A DNA stretch of 64,000 nucleotides, from the NCBI GenBank assembly GCA_021613535.1, contig CP075494.1:8246001-8310000 (forward strand), written 5' to 3'. The notes under the pieces were generated by a model. It was not told where the DNA came from. It did not search any database and saw only the letters and a list, made by a program, of their open reading frames with translations. Within the stretch, counting starts at the first letter, position 1. Each line of letters begins with the position of its first letter. Source of the stretch: Adineta vaga (Eukaryota; Animalia; Rotifera). This document shows positions 57,453 to 64,000 of the stretch, piece by piece. Made by a program: the position numbers and the translations under genes.

Positions 57453-58248
57453 TCGAATCTCGTATGAATGTTTTCTTTTTTCCTTTACCGAGTTTTTGGC
57501 ATAGATCTACTTGATCTTTCTAATGAATATACGGTTATCAATATTTTTTTCCGAATCCGTATCAATCTCATATATACATTTATATATGATACTGTCGATG
57601 ATCAACGATCTTCTTTTGCATAATAGACAGTCGACGAGTCGGATAAGATTTATCGATAACATACGATATATCGGAGTAGTAATAATTGATAGAACAAAAA
57701 AAAATTGAGTTAGGATGTCGAATATAAATAAACAAAAAAGATATATTCTTCAACTGACATTTTTTTGTTTTTTTTTGCCGCATGAGAAAGTAGAGCGAAC
57801 ATTTACGATCAATTAGATAGATTGAGTTGATAATATAGAAAGATAATGGTATATTATAAGATAGTATTTGCATTTATGATTGGCTTGAGATGACAATTCT
57901 AGTGAAGCCTAAATACTATACATTTTACATTAGAAGTAAATTAAAATCAAGGATCTATATGTGTAAATCGTATAATACACTTTGTATGAAAAATCGAGAT
58001 TATTCACTATCGTTTTACTCTTTCTATTAGCTGTTTCTTAAATTTTGCTTTTGATACGTTCATTGATGAACTATACTAGATATCGCGATAATTATATTAT
58101 AAAAAGAAAGAAACAAACAAACAAACAATTCATCACAGTTCATCCAACAAGAACTCGAATAATAACAAATAACAACAACCAATCTCGTTTTTTTTCCGCC
58201 TCATATGTACAAATAGATAAAGAATAAATAAATATTTATGTATAGAAA

Positions 58249-60420
58249 TCAGGATAGTATAAGAAAGACACACGTTAAAAGAGCCGTGCCAAGTAGATCT
58301 CCAATGGCTGTTAAGTACGGAATGCAAACATTATCAGGATCTCGTTCATTTCTCCAGACGAATCCGACCATCCATTGAGCAATATAAAGAAGTATAGCAA
58401 TCTAGATAAGAAAGTTTCTATAGATCCATTTTTTTTCTCGATAAAACTTATCTTACTTGAATAAGTGCAGCAAAGACATATAGGAAAATAAAAAGAATGG
58501 AAAGTCGAGTTTGATCTGTTGCAAAACGTGATATGATAAAAACGAATGTTAAATGACCTGGTATAGCCATAAATAATAAAGCACGCGTTGTAGATGAACT
58601 ACGTTCTAGAGTGATAATCAATAGATATAATTCATATTTAAATAAAGATAATCAACGTACTATTTGAACAGAAGATGCTACATGGATTAGGACATAATTT
58701 CGATGAATGATATCGATTCACATCTTGAAACTCTCCTGGTTTACCTTGTTGATGAAGTGCAGTAGATAGTCGACTGGCTTGAACTGCTACTAAGTTACCA
58801 CCAACACCTAAAATAATCAACTGTTTCATTCGTTATATGTAGGAACTTCTGATTATTTACCATTCATAACAGGTTGAAAAACTGCAACACCACGAAGTGT
58901 TTGTACTGCAAAATCAAGTATAAGACCACCCGCACTAGTTAAGGAGAAAAACAAAAACGATGAATAAAATTTTAGTAAAAAACAAAGTACTTACCTTGAT
59001 ATGAGCATTGCTGCAACAACTGGTGACCTTAAAATAACAAATCATGTTTTGTTTTTCGAACAAAATCTTTTTAACATACCACCCATGAATAAGTACATCT
59101 TTAACATATTCATTTCGAGATGAGAGAACAATCCAAATTGGTGTTAAAATTAAAAATATCACTGTTATCATTATTGGTAACCATGCATAATTGTCTGTAA
59201 AGATTATAGATTCCAGAAATAAAATTTAGAACAAACGAAGATATTTACCAATAATTTTGAATAAAAAGCCGCCAATACTAGCGAGAATACCAAGTGTAGT
59301 TAGATCACCAAGTGAGGCAGCTATTGGTGTAGCGATATTATCGGGATTGATCTTACATTTATGAGATAGGATAATAACGAGAATCATTATACCACCTAAG
59401 ATATATGAAGAAAAAATGTTATCAAAAGAATTCAAATTGATTGTTTTGTTTATTTATAAAGAGTTTGATGATATTGTTTTTAACTACGACAAATGAAGGT
59501 TACAAACCTAATGCTAATGAAGCAAGTGATGCTGTTGCAACACTACTACTACATAGAACAAGTGCATGACGAACATTAAAATGTCCTTGCGGTACCCATC
59601 CCATAGCAAGTGAAACTAATGCCGCAAGAAAACCCACTACAATCGCTTGTAATTGTGTTAAAATTATATTTCCAATAATCATGCTCTGTAATTCTGATCG
59701 TTTATCCATATTTCCAATATTAGCCTAAATTCATATCATTTCAAATATTATATTTCAAAGTTCAATTAGAATGACATACTTGAGTAGATAAACGTGATGC
59801 TAATGTCATCTCTAGATTTCCTTTTAAGCCAAGTAAAGCTGGTATTAAAATATAGATTTCTGTTATTTCTTTGAACACATTTAATTCCTAAATAGAAATA
59901 TAAAGATTCAGCAATGATTTTCGTCGAAAATTTTCAGATATAAAATGAAAATTGAATGCATACCTTAACACGTTCAAGAACAAGTCCTGCAGCAACCATA
60001 CCAAAACCAGCAATCATAAACGGTAAGAAGACTTGACTTGCTACAATATACCATTTCTCTTCGTTATGATCAAACATTGTTGATAATCCTGTTTTCGGAG
60101 TTCGTGAATGATTTTCTATCATTTAGAAAAGAATTAAATACATTTTTTCTTCTTCTTATAATCATTCAACTTACGATCCGGAATGAGTACTTCAACTTCA
60201 CTATCATTTGGACTAATACCTGAATCTGAATTATTATCATTTTCATTCACTATATTTGATAATTCAATTGATTCTAAAAAAATTTATCAATCAAAAAAAG
60301 ATTATATTGTATAACAATTTAAAAAAAAGAATCTTTTTTACCATTTCCCTCTGTTGAACTAACAACAGTTTGACCTTTTAATAAAAATATCTGATGATGA
60401 TTCTCAGTTTCTTCCATCAT
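58249..60420 (-). CDS. SLC41: SLC41 (MgtE-domain) Mg2+ transporter, multi-exon
   Basis: [84 protein letters not shown]. Confidence 0.95.
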
Positions 60421-60720
60421 CAGTCAACGAAAAAGACAATCAATGTTTCTTCTTTTTCTATACTTATACTACTCATGCACACGACAGGACAACAGGCGCC
60501 ACATGCGATTAATTTGAAAATAAAAAAAAATAATATTTCTATGATAACCGAAAAGAAAATAAATTTTTTGATAAAAAATTTTTACAAATAATTTCAATTA
60601 ATTTGCTTGTGATTTGTTAAATATTTTTGACCAATGAAATTCATTCGTTATCGTGGAATGCTGACGTTTACTCTCGAACGTAACGTAACCTATATCTATA
60701 TGTAATCATCGTATCGAAAT

Positions 60721-63700
60721 ATGATAACATTAAATGGAAATAAACCTGTATGGATTCGAGATAATGAACATGGTTTTGTTTTGGGAAAGATTAGTGATAT
60801 TGCAACTGATAATGTAACTGTTCAAATAAATGAAACAAAAAAGGTTTGGAAAAAAATTCATGAAATCATTCTTGAAATAGTTCTTTTGCTTTTCTTTTCC
60901 AATAGACTCTTGTTGTTCCTTATGATTCGGTTTTTCAAGCTGAAGAATATGACAAAGATGTCGATGATAATTGTAAATATTTAATCAAATAATCGATAGA
61001 ATCAATGCCGTTTCTTTTTTAAGGTGCACTCATGTATCTCAACGAAGGAACTTTATTGAATAATGTTCGTCGTCGTTATAAAAAAGATCTGATTTACGTA
61101 AGTTGAAAAACTAAAATATTTATTGAAATTTTCGAATATTTTTTTCTTCTTCTAGACTTATGTAGCTAATATTTTAATTGCTATCAATCCATATAAAGAA
61201 TTACATGGTTTTTATAATCTCGAAACAATGAAAAGATACAATGGGAAATCACTCGGTGTTATGCCACCACATGTTTTTGCTATTGGTATGATAAATTTCA
61301 ATAAAAATATTCATTTGAGAAATTCTATTTCTTTCAGAAGAATGAAAAGTAAATGTTATTGAAAATTCTGTTTGTAATCGATACTTAATCATTCTAAATG
61401 TTGTGTTATGAACTATTTGTCTAAGATAAAAATCAAGTTTAGATATATAGATTATAGAGGGAAGGCCATTGGTTCAATATAAATCTTTGCACATAACTGA
61501 TAACATTTTCTCGTTCTGTCATATATCGTAACTTACTAATTATCGATTCAACATAAATTAGTTCAGGTGTTCTTTTTTGTTAATATTCGAACATTGTATT
61601 TAGTTAGTTTAATTTCAATATTTTTATGTTATATTATAGGTGATAAAGCATATCGCGATATGCGTACGACAAAACAAAGTCAATCGATAATTATCTCAGG
61701 CGAATCAGGAGCTGGTTTGTTTATGAAAAAATGATGTTGAACTGATTAGAAGATTTGTGTTTATAGGTAAAACGGAATCAGCGAAATATGTTTTACAATA
61801 TTTAACTGAATCTTATGGTGCTCATAGTGGTCAAATTGAAGATCGAATTAATAAATGTAACTAAACATATAAACATGTTTATAATTGATTAAATCTGTTT
61901 TTCTTTGTAGCAAATCCATTGTTAGAAGCATTTGGAAATGGTAAAATTAAATTAAATTCCATTTCTATTGAATCTATTGATATTTTTAGCAAAAACAACT
62001 CGAAATAATAATTCAAGTCGTTTTGGTAAATTTATTGAAGTACATTTTAATGAAAAAGTGTGTAATTTAACGTTCGAAAAATCATATTTAATCAATATAT
62101 TTTTCTTATCTATAGTATCGTGTTGTGGGTGGTTATATTTCTCATTATCTATTGGAAAAATCTCGTATATGTGTTCAATCCAGAGATGAACGAAATTATC
62201 ATATCTTCTATCGTTTATGTGCTGGTGCTCCGGAAAATATTCGTAGTGCTTTACGACTTGCATCGCCGGATTATTTTCATGTAGGAATGATTATAATATT
62301 TCAATCAATGACAATTCATATTCCTATTCATTCTAGTATCTGAATCGAGGTTGTACTCAATATTTTTGTGGTACACAAACGGAAAAGAATCTCTCAAAGA
62401 ATCGTTTAAGTCAAGATGTAAGTGTTTCTTATGAATAGATAGAAGATTATTGTTATCATTCGTCATGTATTTAGTTTGCTTCAAAAGGACCATTACGTGA
62501 TCCTCAACTTGATGATGTGAAAGATTTTCTTGAATGTGATCAATCGATGGATCATATGGGATTGAGAAGTCAAGATAAAATCAATATTTATAGTACAGTT
62601 GCAACTGTTCTTCATTTGGGAAATATCAATTTTGAAGATGATCCTGAGAGTACTAAAGGTGGTTGTAAAGTAATATCAACTCATGAACAATCATTGACTA
62701 TAACATCAGAAATGTTGGGTCTTAATGTTCGAGAACTTTGTGATGGATTGATCACACGAATGATCATGACAAAAACAACAAGTAATACAAAAGATAATAT
62801 CATTTCGTATGTATTTAGTCTTTTTTCAAATTAAATTTCTATGTTTCATTTGTTTTGAAGTGTTCCATTAAAAGCTCATGAAGCTCAAAATGCTCGTGAT
62901 GCATTAGCAAAAACAATCTATGTCCGATTATTTGATTATATAGTTAGTGTAGTGAATAAATCCATTCCATTCAGTTCATCTATATCTTATATTGGTATTC
63001 TCGATATAGCTGGTTTTGAATATTTTCCAATTAATTCATTTGAACAATTCTGTATTAAGTATGTTAAGATATAAGAATATTTATTTGAAATATATTTATT
63101 TACGTTGTTTAGTTATTGCAATGAAAAATTACAACAATTTTTCAATGAACGAATTTTGAAAGAGGAGCAATTATTATATGAAAAAGAAGGTCTTGGTTTG
63201 AAGAAAATCCATTATATTGATAATCAAGATTGTATTGGTATGTTTTTCTATATTGATGAATATCTTAGGCATACCTTCTTTATTTCTTTAAAGTTATAAA
63301 TAGATATATGGTAGGCTTTGAAATCTCAGTGTGTATTTCGCATGACGTTAGTTTTCGTAGTTCAATTTGAAAGAAAATCGACTACATCAGAGAGGTTTAT
63401 ATCAGATCATTTGATTTCATCTAATGAGTAATTACTGAAAGTATTCGTTGAGATGCTATACAGAATCAGCATGATATTATCATTGGTTTGTGTTTCGCAT
63501 GACAAATAGTGATAGTGAGACTTTTCATGTGTATTTGTGTGAATGAAACGTTTGATTGATTATTTTAGATCTGATCGAAGCAAGAATTATTGGTTGCTTT
63601 GATCTATTAGATGAAGAAAGTAAATTACCGACGCCACGATTTGAACATTTTACCAGCGAAGTGCATAACCGCAATAAAGGTCATCCAAGACTCGATGTAA

Positions 63701-64000
63701 GAATCGAAAAATATGTTGTCGTCATTTTTCTAACGAAGTTTTCAATTTAGCTTCCACGAAAATCAAAATTACGTACATCACGTGATATTCGTGATGACGA
63801 AGGTTTTCTTATTCAACATTTTGCTGGTAGTGTTGTCTATTCAACTGTACGTTTCTTTGAAGAAAGTATATTTTATATTGTCTTTCGATATGGTTTATTT
63901 TAGGCACAATTTATCGAGAAAAACAATGATGCTTTACATGCTTCATTGCTTGTTCTTGTTCAAGAATGTAAAAATAGTTTCATTAAGAATTTATTTCCTA
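60721..64000 (+). CDS. MYO6: Unconventional myosin VI, 5' part (motor domain), truncated by window end
   Basis: KPVW...[48 protein letters not shown], class-VI insert 1 ([20 protein letters not shown]), [20 protein letters not shown]. Confidence 0.95.

Noticed and set aside
63492-63549. SECIS element or C/D snoRNA in the MYO6 intron
   Set aside because: Intronic location, the GA quartet is out of register for a SECIS, and there is no proper RUGAUGA/CUGA pair with a terminal stem.

Overview
AT-rich, gene-dense animal genomic DNA with many very short GT-AG introns (mostly ~50-65 nt). The intron style and the divergent intronless GPCRs suggest a bdelloid rotifer or similar small invertebrate (inference, not verified). 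By splicing exons by eye I can support about 20 protein-coding loci. In order: PDE4, METTL13, a Tks/SH3PXD2-like PX-SH3 adaptor, an orphan GPCR, SAC1, an alpha/beta-hydrolase, a galanin/allatostatin-A-type GPCR, a small permuted-papain-fold protein, HEXIM, HYOU1, CC2D2A, a GH31 glycosidase, NUBP1, CDK8, Pax3/7, a multi-TM class-3 lipase, a frameshifted GPCR, a Ly6/uPAR protein missing from the ORF track, SLC41 and the 5' part of myosin VI. No rRNA, tRNA or CRISPR array was recognised. Main leads: (1) a complete secreted GH31 gene fills an intron of CC2D2A on the opposite strand; (2) three co-oriented gene pairs are only ~100-130 nt apart, each with a splice acceptor before the downstream ATG, as expected for SL trans-spliced operons; (3) several atypical, possibly foreign enzymes, including a hydrolase with an inserted transmembrane hairpin; (4) a HEXIM with an altered PYNT motif, next to a GC-rich element carrying a telomere-like/G4 tract; (5) candidate poison micro-exons in both long introns of myosin VI. 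All gene models and homologies are by eye and from memory; no searches were run.
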